DNA from: an uncultured Chlamydiae bacterium
Lineage (GTDB): Bacteria; Chlamydiota; Chlamydiia; Chlamydiales; Parachlamydiaceae
Length of the DNA stretch: 35,310 nt
Direction of reading: 5' to 3'
Assembly (NCBI GenBank): GCA_963754655.1
Contig: CAVWGN010000002.1
Coordinates: forward strand, 1-35,310
Shown here: in pieces, positions 1-9,630 of the stretch
How positions within the stretch are numbered: position 1 is the stretch's first letter
Layout: every line of letters begins with the position of its first letter
Translations under genes and position numbers: made by a program
The notes under the pieces: generated by a model
What the model was told of the DNA's origin: nothing
Seen by the model: only the letters and a program-made list of their open reading frames with translations
Database searches by the model: none

Positions 1-51
1 CAATTCGCAGCCCCCACTGAAAAGTCTTAAAGCGTTCATTATATCTGAATT

Positions 52-114
52 TTGGCATGGTTCAATTGAAGGTAACTTATTTATGCCGTCCTTTCAGGAC
101 TCGATATCTCTTTG
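52..114. repeat. Degenerate fragment of foldback element B arm (REP-like hairpin GTCCTTTCAGGAC)
   Basis: ttggcatggttcaattgaaggtaacttatttatgccgtcctttcaggactcgatatctctttg aligns by eye with ttggcatagttgaattgaagatcgcatgtttatgccgtcctttcaggactcgatgtctttttg at ~23869-23931. Confidence 0.85.
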
Positions 115-203
115 CCATAGTCTTTACCTGAATAGAGTGATTATAAATTTTCTTAAATAAAAGGGAATAGGATTGATAATCCGTTGCTCCGATTTGGATT
201 TTC

Positions 204-392
204 CTAGGTAAATGGCGAAAACGATAAACAAACTTTGCGCTTTTTACGCAATTTTTCTGCAACGAAGATAAAAGTTGATAAGAAAAGAGCTTGTTTGAGG
301 TTTAGAAAGTTTGATGGCGAAGTTGTTCTGATTGATTCAGAACATTTGCGTAAAAAATTCGGAAAACTAGATTTTTTGTGAAGTGTTTGCAT
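204..392 (-). CDS. Possible small basic hypothetical protein (62 aa) or gene remnant
   Basis: ATG preceded by AGGAG at 5 nt spacing (398-402, minus strand), downstream of tRNA-Phe; no recognisable motif. Confidence 0.3.
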   Translation of the reverse strand: MQTLHKKSSFPNFLRKCSESIRTTSPSNFLNLKQALFLSTFIFVAEKLRKKRKVCLSFSPFT

Positions 393-451
393 GATGACTC
401 CTAGCGTTAAAAAACCTTCAGAGTCTATGCGTTGAATGCTTTAGAAAAAGT

Positions 452-524
<73 letters not shown>

Positions 525-538
525 AAACTAAAGAAAGT

Positions 539-567
539 ACAATAGACGAAGCGTTTATTTTGCGCAA
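539..567 (-). promoter_or_regulatory. Candidate sigma70/sigma66-type promoter of tRNA-Phe
   Basis: Minus strand TTGCGC-17 nt-TATTGT, ending 14 nt upstream of the tRNA. Confidence 0.55.
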
Positions 568-607
568 CAATTTTCAGAACCCATCAAGCAATGAATAGAT
601 TGTCTTG

Positions 608-2623
608 CTATTTCTTCCCCAAACTATGCAATAAAATCATATCCTTGAGAATATTGAGAGCCTCTTGCACTTGCAAATCATCTTCACCATATGTTTTATT
701 TTTCTCATCCGTTACATTCCAATCATTCTCGTCATCAACAGCTTCTTCTTCGCTTTCTTTTCCCTTTAAGAAATATTGATAATTTTTATTGTTGGCAATG
801 CGATATTCACTATTTTTGCGTAGGGTAGGCAATTGATCGCGCCAAACTGTGATTCGCTTTTGCAATTTAGGAATGTAATACTTGAGATACCAAGAGCGCA
901 CATCAGGAGGAATATCACTTAATGAATCGTTATAGACAGGAGGAATGATATCAGCGGCTAAAGAATCGGTATACATTTCACCTATTTGCTCCCGATTCCA
1001 GTGACTAGGTACTACAATATCTGCTTTAACACCTTCTTTTTGAGGAGTATGTCCAGACACTGTATAGTATTTGCCCACCGTCACTTTAAAATAAGAAGTA
1101 CTTTGATTATCGGTCACCGTTTGCGTCTGAATCGTACCCTTTCCATAAGTATGCTCATCTCCAACTACCAGCGCAACTCCATAGTCTTGCAAGGCCTGAG
1201 CCACAATTTCCGCAGCCGACGCCGTTGCTTTAGAGGTCAGGACAATCAAGGGTCCATCATAAACAGCTTTGCCATCCACATCGCGGTAAATGCGCTCATC
1301 CCCTTTGGAATACTTAGAAATCACAATCACGCCATCAGTAATAAACAAGCTGGCTACTTTCACGGCTTGTGAAAGAAACCCCCCACTATTATCGCGCAAA
1401 TCGAGAATCAGTCCTCTTAAATTCCCTTTTTTTTCCAACTTCTCAATTGCATTACGTACATCTTGCTCACTTGACACTCCATCTCCTTGATAAAAGGCAT
1501 GCAAAGTGATCATTCCAATCGTTCCATTTCCAAAAGCTTCAGAGCGGACATCAACGCGATCGTTGTTTAAAATAATGAGTTCGCGATTCAGTTCAACTGT
1601 ATAAATTTTGTTAGGATCACCCTTGCTTCCTGATCGTTTAAATGTCAACTTAACTTTTACGTTTTTATCTCCATGCAGCATCTCCATGGTTTTTTCAAAC
1701 GGATGATCGACTACTGGCTTTCCATCAACTTCTACCAACACGTCCCCTATTTGAATGAGTTTGCTACGTGCGGCTGGCCCTCCCTCTAGCATATGCGTGA
1801 CAACAATTCCATTGCTTGTATCTTTTAATACAAGACCTATTCCTTTAAACTCCTTTTGCAAACGCACGCGAATGTCATAGGCTTCATTAGCTTCGTAAAA
1901 AGAGGTATGCGCATCCAAACTATTAGACAAGGCTTTCAGAACATGAATGGTAAATAAGTTTTCTTGCTCATCAGAAGGTAAGGGTTTGCCATTTTCATCT
2001 TGATAAAGATATTGATTTTCAAATTCCTTTAACCGCGTCTCATAAGAATTAAGAATTTGATCTTTTCTTTGAGGCGTCATGACTTTGCCAAAACGTCTTT
2101 TTTGCGCTTGAAGGTATGTGCCCAGGTTTTGCATAATACGTTCTTTGAGTTGCTGCAGATGATGAGCAAAAGGCTCCATTTCCTCTTGATTCACAATGGG
2201 CGCATGCTCTTTATCGGGACTTGGATGAAAAAGGCTTTGTCTGACTTCTGCTTCCAATCCCTGCCGAATGCGACGTGAACGTTCAATAGAAATTTGAATC
2301 GTTTGATTAAGTTGTTTAAAAAGAGCAAAATCATTACGTTTATATTGCTCAAGTGCCTGCTGAAGTTCAGTGGGTGAGGAATTAACATAAGGAGCAACTT
2401 CATTTTCCAGTAAATACATGCGATGAGGATCAAATTGATTAATATAGACCAGAAGAGCATGCTGCAAAATGCGAGCGGTCATTTCTTTTTTATCCACGTG
2501 CTCGCTTAAAATTTGCTGCATGATACGCGAAATATCCTTCGCTTTAAGCAAATCTTGCTCATGCGCCTCACTCACACAATTCATGATTACAAACAAGATT
2601 GCAGCAAACCACCATTTACGCAT
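608..2623 (-). CDS. tsp: Tail-specific (carboxy-terminal processing) protease, S41 family
   Basis: Signal peptide, PDZ region (GIGLVL...GGPAA), LDLRDNSGG, catalytic TASAAEI and TYGKGTIQ motifs. Confidence 0.93.
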   Translation of the reverse strand: MRKWWFAAILFVIMNCVSEAHEQDLLKAKDISRIMQQILSEHVDKKEMTARILQHALLVYINQFDPHRMYLLENEVAPYVNSSPTELQQALEQYKRNDFALFKQLNQTIQISIERSRRIRQGLEAEVRQSLFHPSPDKEHAPIVNQEEMEPFAHHLQQLKERIMQNLGTYLQAQKRRFGKVMTPQRKDQILNSYETRLKEFENQYLYQDENGKPLPSDEQENLFTIHVLKALSNSLDAHTSFYEANEAYDIRVRLQKEFKGIGLVLKDTSNGIVVTHMLEGGPAARSKLIQIGDVLVEVDGKPVVDHPFEKTMEMLHGDKNVKVKLTFKRSGSKGDPNKIYTVELNRELIILNNDRVDVRSEAFGNGTIGMITLHAFYQGDGVSSEQDVRNAIEKLEKKGNLRGLILDLRDNSGGFLSQAVKVASLFITDGVIVISKYSKGDERIYRDVDGKAVYDGPLIVLTSKATASAAEIVAQALQDYGVALVVGDEHTYGKGTIQTQTVTDNQSTSYFKVTVGKYYTVSGHTPQKEGVKADIVVPSHWNREQIGEMYTDSLAADIIPPVYNDSLSDIPPDVRSWYLKYYIPKLQKRITVWRDQLPTLRKNSEYRIANNKNYQYFLKGKESEEEAVDDENDWNVTDEKNKTYGEDDLQVQEALNILKDMILLHSLGKK

Positions 2624-2710
2624 ACAAAACCTCCTCCCTTTACAACAAAATAAACTTTGATTATTAAAACAACAATCAAAATTATGAAATTGTATTTAAT
2701 GAAAATATGT

Positions 2711-2750
2711 TTGGGATAGATGATTCTCTTGTAGTCCTTCAGACTACATG
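2711..2750. repeat. Fragment of foldback element A arm
   Basis: agatgattctcttgtagtccttcagactacatg is identical to 23766-23798 and contains the hairpin tgtagtc-cttca-gactaca. Confidence 0.85.
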
Positions 2751-3036
2751 TTACCCAAATTCATTCTTTTGAACTATCCCCATCCTAATAGGCAAAAATT
2801 CATGCAACTAACTGATTACTAGGGAGCATGGTATCTTTTGCTTGTTATCAAATTAAAATTCCCTTAATCTCTTTTTTTATTTTTTGATTAGGGTCGCGAA
2901 ATATGAGCCCTCTAGAGCGTGTTTAACCGACCTGCCTTTTACCTTTGAACCGATACAATTCGACTCACTCTTGTTATTTAAAGAAATTCTTCCTATATTT
3001 AGATAAATGTTTATTAAGGATTGTTAATTTTTATTT

Positions 3037-3759
3037 ATGATTCTAAAAAACGACCATTTTACTTTAGCCAATTTTGAAGGCTCACTCGATTTCTTAATTT
3101 GTCTCATTCAAAAGGAAGAAATCAATATCTATGATGTTCCTATTCAGGACCTGATTCAACAATTTATTTTACAATTGGCGAAGGAGGAAGAAGGGCTCGA
3201 AAAAGGCGCTGAATTTATTTGGACGGCTGCTTATTTAGTCTGGCTAAAAAGTAAAACGCTTTTGCCTCGCAACGAACAGTCCGTAGAAACAGAAGAAGCC
3301 ATAGAAGATCCTCATTTTGAAATTATCCATCATTTAATTGATTATTGCCGCTTTAAGCAAGCCGCCAAGGAACTCACCTCGCGTCAAGAAAAACAACAAG
3401 CTTGTTATTTCCGAGGAATAGAGGTGCCCGAATGGAAAAAATCTTTGGGTATTCACCACGTCTCTTTAGAAGAACTTTCCCTTCTCTTTAAAGAAATGAT
3501 GAGCCGCGTCGCTCAAATGAAGCCGCAAATTTACGAAGAAAATTGGCGAGTAGGCGACAAAATACGCATCATTCGCCAAATGCTGCAACAAGATGCAGCT
3601 TTTGCCTTTACCTTGCTTTTCTCGCCCCAACAATCGCGTTTAGAGATGATTGTCATTTTTTTGGCTGTTTTAGAACTCATGAAAATTGGAGAATTAGCCG
3701 TGGGACGAGAACAATCCTCAAACTCTTTGTGGATTTTTGCTAAGGAGAAAGAATCATGA
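3037..3759 (+). CDS. scpA: Segregation and condensation protein A (kleisin)
   Basis: FEGSLDFLICLI...INIYDVPI N-terminal motif, LKSKTLLP, C-terminal FLAVLELMK; overlaps scpB by ATGA. Confidence 0.92.
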   Translation: MILKNDHFTLANFEGSLDFLICLIQKEEINIYDVPIQDLIQQFILQLAKEEEGLEKGAEFIWTAAYLVWLKSKTLLPRNEQSVETEEAIEDPHFEIIHHLIDYCRFKQAAKELTSRQEKQQACYFRGIEVPEWKKSLGIHHVSLEELSLLFKEMMSRVAQMKPQIYEENWRVGDKIRIIRQMLQQDAAFAFTLLFSPQQSRLEMIVIFLAVLELMKIGELAVGREQSSNSLWIFAKEKES

Positions 3760-4400
3760 CTAAAGAAATTAATTTTTTCCAAAGTGAAATTGAAACAATC
3801 ACTCTACAACCTTCTCAAGAAAGTTCTGTAGATCTTCCTGAAAATAGGCTCGAAGCAGATGGATGGAACCAAATTGACGAGCAACTACAGCAGCATCTTA
3901 AACGCGTAGTCGAAGCTTTGCTCTTTGCTAGTCCTGATCCCTTGCCTCTTGCTAAAATTCGCGAAGTCACAGATACAATCTTGCAATTACGCCCACGTGA
4001 ATTGCGTCAAATTCTTGATGAGCTTAAACAAGATTATCTCGCTCAACAACGCGCATTCCAATTAGAGGAAATTGCCCAGGGCTATGTCTTGCGCACGCAT
4101 GAAGAGTATGCTCCTTATCTTGAAGTTTTACATCGTCAGAAACGAGGAGAAAAACTTTCACATGCTTCAACCGAAGTCCTAGCAATCATTGCTTATCGCC
4201 AACCCATTACACGTCCTCAAATTGATGCCATTCGGGGAGTTGACTCTTCCGGGACTCTCATGCAATTGCTTGAACGCCAACTCATCGAATCCATTGGCAA
4301 ATTAGAAGCTCCAGGTCGTCCGACTCTTTATGGGACAACCAAAGAATTTTTAAAGCACTTTGGTCTTAAAGATCTAAGCGAACTTAAAGGCCAACTTTAA
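3756..4400 (+). CDS. scpB: Segregation and condensation protein B
   Basis: VEALLFAS, EVLAIIAYRQPITRPQIDAIRGV, GRPTLYGTTKEFLKHFGL motifs. Confidence 0.96.
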   Translation: MTKEINFFQSEIETITLQPSQESSVDLPENRLEADGWNQIDEQLQQHLKRVVEALLFASPDPLPLAKIREVTDTILQLRPRELRQILDELKQDYLAQQRAFQLEEIAQGYVLRTHEEYAPYLEVLHRQKRGEKLSHASTEVLAIIAYRQPITRPQIDAIRGVDSSGTLMQLLERQLIESIGKLEAPGRPTLYGTTKEFLKHFGLKDLSELKGQL

Positions 4401-4425
4401 ATAGAATCCATAGAACACCTGTTTC

Positions 4426-4494
4426 TAGCCCACGGTGACGGAGCCTACGCATTAAGCGAAGAGAAAAAGCCTATTTCTTAACTTAACGCATAAG
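4426..4494. repeat. Degenerate, internally deleted right end of foldback element C
   Basis: tagcccacggtgacggagcc resembles tagcccaccgtgaccgagcc (24468-24487); tcttaacttaacgcataag resembles the terminal tcttagcttgatgcttatg (24584-24602). Confidence 0.5.
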
Positions 4495-4531
4495 AAATAT
4501 TCAAGTGTAATTTGAATAGGAGGTTTGCGCT

Positions 4532-6358
4532 ATGCAAATACAGCCAGGTTTAATTTCAATTATTGACAATTACATCCTTTCAGATAAAGAAATTATCATA
4601 CATTTGAAGCATCTTTCAGATTTCATTGATCACATCGATACTCCCTTTGAAGAACAGAAGGAAAAATTTTATTGTTCTTATTCCATCGCTCAAATCGCCC
4701 TAAAGAACTTTAAGAACTGGGACAATGAGACGCAACAACAGGTCTTTCATATTGCTCAGCGTTTAACTGAACAAAATGATTTGCTTTGCTTCGATCAACC
4801 CACCGTTCAAGCCTATCAAACGATTATTACATTATGGGCTCAATTTAGCTATGTGCAAACAGCGATTACCCATATTAGTATTTTTTTAACTCCCGCACGT
4901 TTTTCTATTTCCTTATCAACACAAGAGTTAAATCGTGCTCAATGTCTCATTGCTTTTGCCGTCAAATACTTTAAATGGCTTGAAAAAGATCATCAAAAAA
5001 GCATCGAATGTCTCTCAAATATGATTACGACTTGTCCTCCTTTGCAAGAACTCCTAAATGATTCACAGCTTAAAACGCGCTATCACTTTCTCATTCGCTT
5101 GCTCCAGCATTGTCCTTCTCCTTTACCTTCTGTTTCTTCCCCTGCTCAACCTTTACCTTCTTCATCCTCGCCAGGAATTTTAACGAAAATTCAGCACTTA
5201 ATGAAACCAAAAGACAATCTAGCTATTTTTGAAGAAGACTGTGTCTTAGTTGTAGAATCTGAAGAAGAACAAAAATCCATGCAAATCCAAATAGAAAAAG
5301 AGCTGAAAGCAAAAGAGCACATTAAAGCCCTTCAACTCGAGAAAATTTGTCGGCGTAGCTACGACATTTGTCAATCTTACATTCCTCTGAGCTGGCTTGG
5401 ATTGAATTTTCAACAACAGCTGTTCATTCAAGACTTTGATCAACGCTTTCCTCCAGTAGCTAAACAATTGTTTTTTCAACCACCCTCACCCGTTTCTCCC
5501 TTACAATTTCAAATTCTTTACCAAAGTCTGGTCCAAATCACTCGCTTTTTACAAGCACTCAACAAAAATCAAATTGCGCAGTCTAAAGAAGTGCTTCATA
5601 AACTCTTAGCTTCCACTTTGGAAAAACTCTTTCTGCAGTGGCAACCGGAGCAATCTCCTATGAACGCCTTTGTCTCCCTGCTTACAGTCAACACAGGCCT
5701 CCAACTTATCGAACACTTGATGACACCCGATACTTTCTATTTTATCCTCGACAGAATCTTAAGCTCTGATCCTTGGGATCTTGAAGATTACAATGACACA
5801 AAAATTCCTCCCAAAGTCTTTAAAATTGATGAAAAGTTAACCGAACAACTGGGCAATATTCTTGAAGAATTAGGACAAGCATTAATTCATTTGGGAAATC
5901 CTAAATGGAGCGCCAATGTCTTAACGAATGGACTGTTAACAATTGTTAAAAGAAAAAAATATGAATTTGCTAAACAAATCCAGCAAAGTTTGCATCAAAT
6001 TAAAAGCTCTCCCTGTTCTATGAAGCCTCTACTTGTGATTTATCATATCTTATTGCACCAGCAACAAGACAAATTGCAAGCCTCGTGGTTCAATTGGCAA
6101 AAAATGGATCAAAATGAAAAAATAAAGCGTAAAAAGGTTATTGAAACCCAACTTAATACTCTTTTGTATCAAGTTATTCTCAAGGAAGTGGAATCCTATT
6201 CCCTCCTTGGAGGATGGATGATCGATAACACAAGTTCTATTAAAAACTTTTGCGTAGTCTTAACTCAACGTCTATGGCAGTTATTTCAACAAGAAGAAAA
6301 CATCAAATGGCTTATCTTTAATTTGTTAAAGGGAATTGAAAAAGCCAAAAATGAGTAG
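4532..6358 (+). CDS. Hypothetical protein, Gln/Leu-rich, with a central Pro/Ser linker
   Basis: 608-codon ORF with AGGAGG ribosome-binding site; no motif recognised. Confidence 0.8.
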   Translation: MQIQPGLISIIDNYILSDKEIIIHLKHLSDFIDHIDTPFEEQKEKFYCSYSIAQIALKNFKNWDNETQQQVFHIAQRLTEQNDLLCFDQPTVQAYQTIITLWAQFSYVQTAITHISIFLTPARFSISLSTQELNRAQCLIAFAVKYFKWLEKDHQKSIECLSNMITTCPPLQELLNDSQLKTRYHFLIRLLQHCPSPLPSVSSPAQPLPSSSSPGILTKIQHLMKPKDNLAIFEEDCVLVVESEEEQKSMQIQIEKELKAKEHIKALQLEKICRRSYDICQSYIPLSWLGLNFQQQLFIQDFDQRFPPVAKQLFFQPPSPVSPLQFQILYQSLVQITRFLQALNKNQIAQSKEVLHKLLASTLEKLFLQWQPEQSPMNAFVSLLTVNTGLQLIEHLMTPDTFYFILDRILSSDPWDLEDYNDTKIPPKVFKIDEKLTEQLGNILEELGQALIHLGNPKWSANVLTNGLLTIVKRKKYEFAKQIQQSLHQIKSSPCSMKPLLVIYHILLHQQQDKLQASWFNWQKMDQNEKIKRKKVIETQLNTLLYQVILKEVESYSLLGGWMIDNTSSIKNFCVVLTQRLWQLFQQEENIKWLIFNLLKGIEKAKNE

Positions 6359-6603
6359 CACTCCTTCTATTTGGAAATTTTTAAATTTACGCTTCCTCAA
6401 TAAAGATCTCCTAACCACATCCCTGCCTTCTTATCTTGAATAAAATGTTTATTCAAATATTTAATATTCAATGTTAAAATTTTGTTTAAAAATTGTTAAC
6501 TAAAATTAATAAATTATTGTTTTAATAAAAATTAATCTTTTGTTATAATAAAGTATTGACTGAGAAATTAATTAAAAATAAAAATTATACCCCTGTATTT
6601 ATT

Positions 6604-8136
6604 ATGATTCCAAGTGATTCAAAACAAGTAGATAATGATTTAAAGGCTAGTTATTTAAAACAAGCTTTAAAAGAAAATTCTATCAAGAACATTCCTAATT
6701 TTAATGAGCATTTTATTGATTTATTACCAAAACGCTCTAAATTAGCACAATTAGTTGAAACTATTGCCAGGCTGGTTCCTTCCTTTATTACCCCTTTGAG
6801 TCAGACAGGATTAGCCAGAAGAGAAATCGATAAACAAGCGACGGTATTAGAATATGCCTCTACCCCTATCACCTTAAAAGAAAAAAGTTTTAATGAATTT
6901 AACCTAACCCCTCCTATTCCTTACTATTCCCTGGAATTAAGTCATCATCAACGACAGGCTTTGATTGAATTATTAGAGCAAAATCCAAACAATTCAAACT
7001 TGCACAGTTTAGCTGCTAAATATTTGAATACCCAAACAAAATATACATTAGCAGAACTTTCAGTTAAAGAAAGGGGGGCTTTAGATGAAGTCAATTTTAG
7101 AGCGACTCAAAATTATTTAAATGACCTGGCTCCTGTATTGAATGATCCAAACTCTGGCATCAACCAACATGCGCAGCAGCACAAAACTTATCACTATAAA
7201 AATGCTCTGATTGCTGAGACTTTGTCTAAATCTCTCGCTTATAACGATAAGATTGACCAAAGGGAAATCGTCATTCCAGTTGAAGTTGAAGGAACAATGA
7301 AGTTTGTCAATTATAAAATTGAGAAACAATATTTAGGAGAAAAGCTTCCATTTTATGTTTTTACACCTATTTCTACTCCTGTCATTTCACAAACTTCTTC
7401 ACTCAATGCAACAGAAAAAGAGATCAAGCAGTATGCTCAACCTTGGGTAGTGATTCGAGGAACTGAACCCCTGTTAACAGAAGATAAAGAAGGTGCCCAA
7501 GAATCCATTGCCGCTGATGTTAAAGATGCAAATGGAGTCTCCTCTTTACCTATTTGGCAGAGATCGGATGAGCTATTAGTATTATTAGCACAATTGAAGG
7601 AAAAGACCGGACAAAGAATTAATATAACAGGTCATAGCCTAGGCGGAACATTAGCTCAAGCAATGGCTGTGATTTATAATCCTTTGGTTGATCAAACATT
7701 TGCTTTCAACAGTCCAGGAGTCGATAAAAACATTCATGATTTTGCAATGGAATTAGATAAGCAAGTTCAAGATAAAATTGTGGTTTTTCATCGGGCAGGC
7801 GATATTGTTTCTAGTGCTTCGCCCAAGCGCATTGGACAAAACTTTGAAATCATCTCAACTTTATCTGCAAAAGAGCAAAATGATGCATTTGTTAAACACT
7901 CAGATATGATGTTAAATATTCCTCATCGTCAAACACAAGTGGACATCAAAAAAGATGAAAAAAATTGGATGCGAAGATTCTCAGATTGGAATCGCCGTAC
8001 AATTTTATCTAAAACCTCCTCTCTGTTGGTAGATGCTAACCTATTTGGCTGGTTTAAAAATCGTCAGGCATTACGAGACTTTGCAAGCAAGTATTTAAAT
8101 CATATCAAAGCAGCTAATTTCAAATCAGAAGGTTGA
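6604..8136 (+). CDS. Class 3 lipase / alpha-beta hydrolase with long N-terminal extension (candidate effector)
   Basis: VVIRGT, GHSLGG nucleophile elbow, FNSPG, GDIVS acid residue and a later His (VKHS). ATG at 6604 preferred over TTG at 6556; start uncertain. Confidence 0.85.
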   Translation: MIPSDSKQVDNDLKASYLKQALKENSIKNIPNFNEHFIDLLPKRSKLAQLVETIARLVPSFITPLSQTGLARREIDKQATVLEYASTPITLKEKSFNEFNLTPPIPYYSLELSHHQRQALIELLEQNPNNSNLHSLAAKYLNTQTKYTLAELSVKERGALDEVNFRATQNYLNDLAPVLNDPNSGINQHAQQHKTYHYKNALIAETLSKSLAYNDKIDQREIVIPVEVEGTMKFVNYKIEKQYLGEKLPFYVFTPISTPVISQTSSLNATEKEIKQYAQPWVVIRGTEPLLTEDKEGAQESIAADVKDANGVSSLPIWQRSDELLVLLAQLKEKTGQRINITGHSLGGTLAQAMAVIYNPLVDQTFAFNSPGVDKNIHDFAMELDKQVQDKIVVFHRAGDIVSSASPKRIGQNFEIISTLSAKEQNDAFVKHSDMMLNIPHRQTQVDIKKDEKNWMRRFSDWNRRTILSKTSSLLVDANLFGWFKNRQALRDFASKYLNHIKAANFKSEG

Positions 8137-8226
8137 CATCCTCCTCCGCATTTATGCGGAGGATTCCTTAAGCTAACTTAAGGAGTATCCTTTTCCTGGT
8201 TCAAAATTTGGCGCTCCAACGACATG
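8133..8226 (-). mobile_element. Orphan IS200/IS605-family right end with TnpB omegaRNA-like 3' scaffold
   Basis: Minus strand reads ...TGAACCAGGAA...CCTTAAG-ttag-CTTAAGG-AATCCTCCGCAT-aa-ATGCGGAGGAGGATG-TCAA: subterminal hairpin plus terminal TCAA, as recalled for tnpB element right ends. Confidence 0.72.
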
Positions 8227-8338
8227 TTTATTTTGTTTATTTATCTCAATTTTAATGTTTTTAAAGTAAGATTCTCTTTCAGCAGTATGTCTAAAGGCAG
8301 AAGAGACAATCACTTCCTTATTAGCGTTCGAAATTTCT

Positions 8339-8657
8339 TTATAGTTCTAGTTCAAATATTCTTGACAAAAGTCTAATAGTCCAAGAGTCATCCCAAGCTG
8401 CCTGTCTCCGCCTTTGAGCAGTTCCTCGAACTCCTCCTAAATCGATTCTGATTAAGGTGCTGGCCAACCTTTTCAGAATTGCTAAATTCTCAGGAGCATT
8501 CCCAATGGATACAAGACTTGAGTCTTCACCAAAGTTAACATCCATGTTCCAATGCAATCTGTTCTCTATGCTCCAATGACTGCGAGCTAATATTCCAGCT
8601 CTTTCTGCTGTTAATTTAAGATTTGATATGAAAAATCGCTTAGCTTCTGTCGTTTTA
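8339..8657 (-). pseudogene. ISAs1-family transposase, C-terminal remnant
   Basis: Frame reads KTTEAKRFFISNL...ARSHWSIENRLHWNMDVNFGED...NAPENLAILKR, the ISAs1 HWxIENxLHW-D-F-ED signature; 5' part is cut off at the MITE starting 8658. Confidence 0.9.
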
Positions 8658-8812
8658 CAGGGTCTTTTGATTAAAAAGATTTGATAAGCCTACATCACTA
8701 TATCAACAGGCAGAGCTGTAAAATTGTAGACTACATCCAAAAGCGGGCTTTTTTTAAGTCATTGTCTATCAAAACTGTTGTACTATCAAATCTTTTTAAT
8801 CAAAAGATCCTG
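8658..8812. mobile_element. 155 bp MITE with 29 bp terminal inverted repeats
   Basis: CAGGGTCTTTTGATTAAAAAGATTTGATA (8658-8686) and TATCAAATCTTTTTAATCAAAAGATCCTG (8784-8812), one mismatch; no target duplication visible. Confidence 0.8.
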
Positions 8813-9146
8813 GTGCACTAGCCTCTGCGAATAGAAGGTCACAGCCATATGCGTGGCAATCATCTAGTGGGTCATATGGCGTAGGCATAAAGAAATAAGA
8901 CTCTATATAAATGGCTTAATAACACCAAATGATCTAATCGCTCTACTTGTGCATCTATACTCATGGAAATCCCCGTATACAAAATTAATAGAGGATTACG
9001 ATAAATCAAAATTTCATTTCTGCAAACTGCTCAATCTGGGTTTTAAATAAAAAATGTTTGAATTTCAGATAGCGATGACAATTCAAAAAACATTCCTTAT
9101 TAAAATAGATTCCTAAATTTCTAATTTCTTTCTTTTTATTTTACCT

Positions 9147-9175
9147 TTGTAAAAAATTTCTCTATTCTCTATACT
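9147..9175 (+). promoter_or_regulatory. Candidate sigma70/sigma66 promoter of the str operon
   Basis: TTGTAA-17 nt-TATACT with an A-run just after the -35 box, 80 nt upstream of rpsL. Confidence 0.6.
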
Positions 9176-9255
9176 TGACAGGTAGCTTCCTACATATATT
9201 CACATTTTATTTAGGGAGATTGCATTTATTTAACATATATAAGGAGAAGGCATAC

Positions 9256-9630
9256 ATGCCGACTATTCAACAGCTCGTTCGTCAGCCACGTGCTCCGAAG
9301 AAACGACGCAGCAAGTCGCCAGCCCTTCAGCAGTGTCCACAACGCCGTGGGGTTTGCTTGCAAGTTAAAACCAAGACACCAAAAAAGCCCAATTCAGCTT
9401 TACGTAAAGTTGCCTGGGTACGTCTATCGACTGGCCAAGAAGTCATTGCCTACATTGGAGGTGAAGGACACAACTTACAAGAACATAGTATTGTGCTTGT
9501 TCGAGGAGGCCGTGTGAAGGACTTTCCTGGTGTGCGTTACCATATCGTACGTGGAACATTAGACTGTGCGGCCGTTAAAGACCGTAAACAAGGAAGATCT
9601 AAATACGGGGCAAAACGTCCTAAGAAGTAA
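9256..9630 (+). CDS. rpsL: 30S ribosomal protein S12
   Basis: [42 protein letters not shown] before ATG 9256 (the ORF-track start at 9175 is too early). Confidence 0.99.
   Translation: MPTIQQLVRQPRAPKKRRSKSPALQQCPQRRGVCLQVKTKTPKKPNSALRKVAWVRLSTGQEVIAYIGGEGHNLQEHSIVLVRGGRVKDFPGVRYHIVRGTLDCAAVKDRKQGRSKYGAKRPKK

Noticed and set aside
2889..2935. tagggtcgcg...ccctctagagcgtgtttaac and similar short IS-end-like words (also aagggtgttt near 30951)
   Set aside because: Too short and unpaired to support a call.
9175..9255. N-terminal extension on S12 suggested by the ORF track
   Set aside because: The canonical MPTI start at 9256 has an AAGGAG RBS; the upstream TTG overlaps the promoter.
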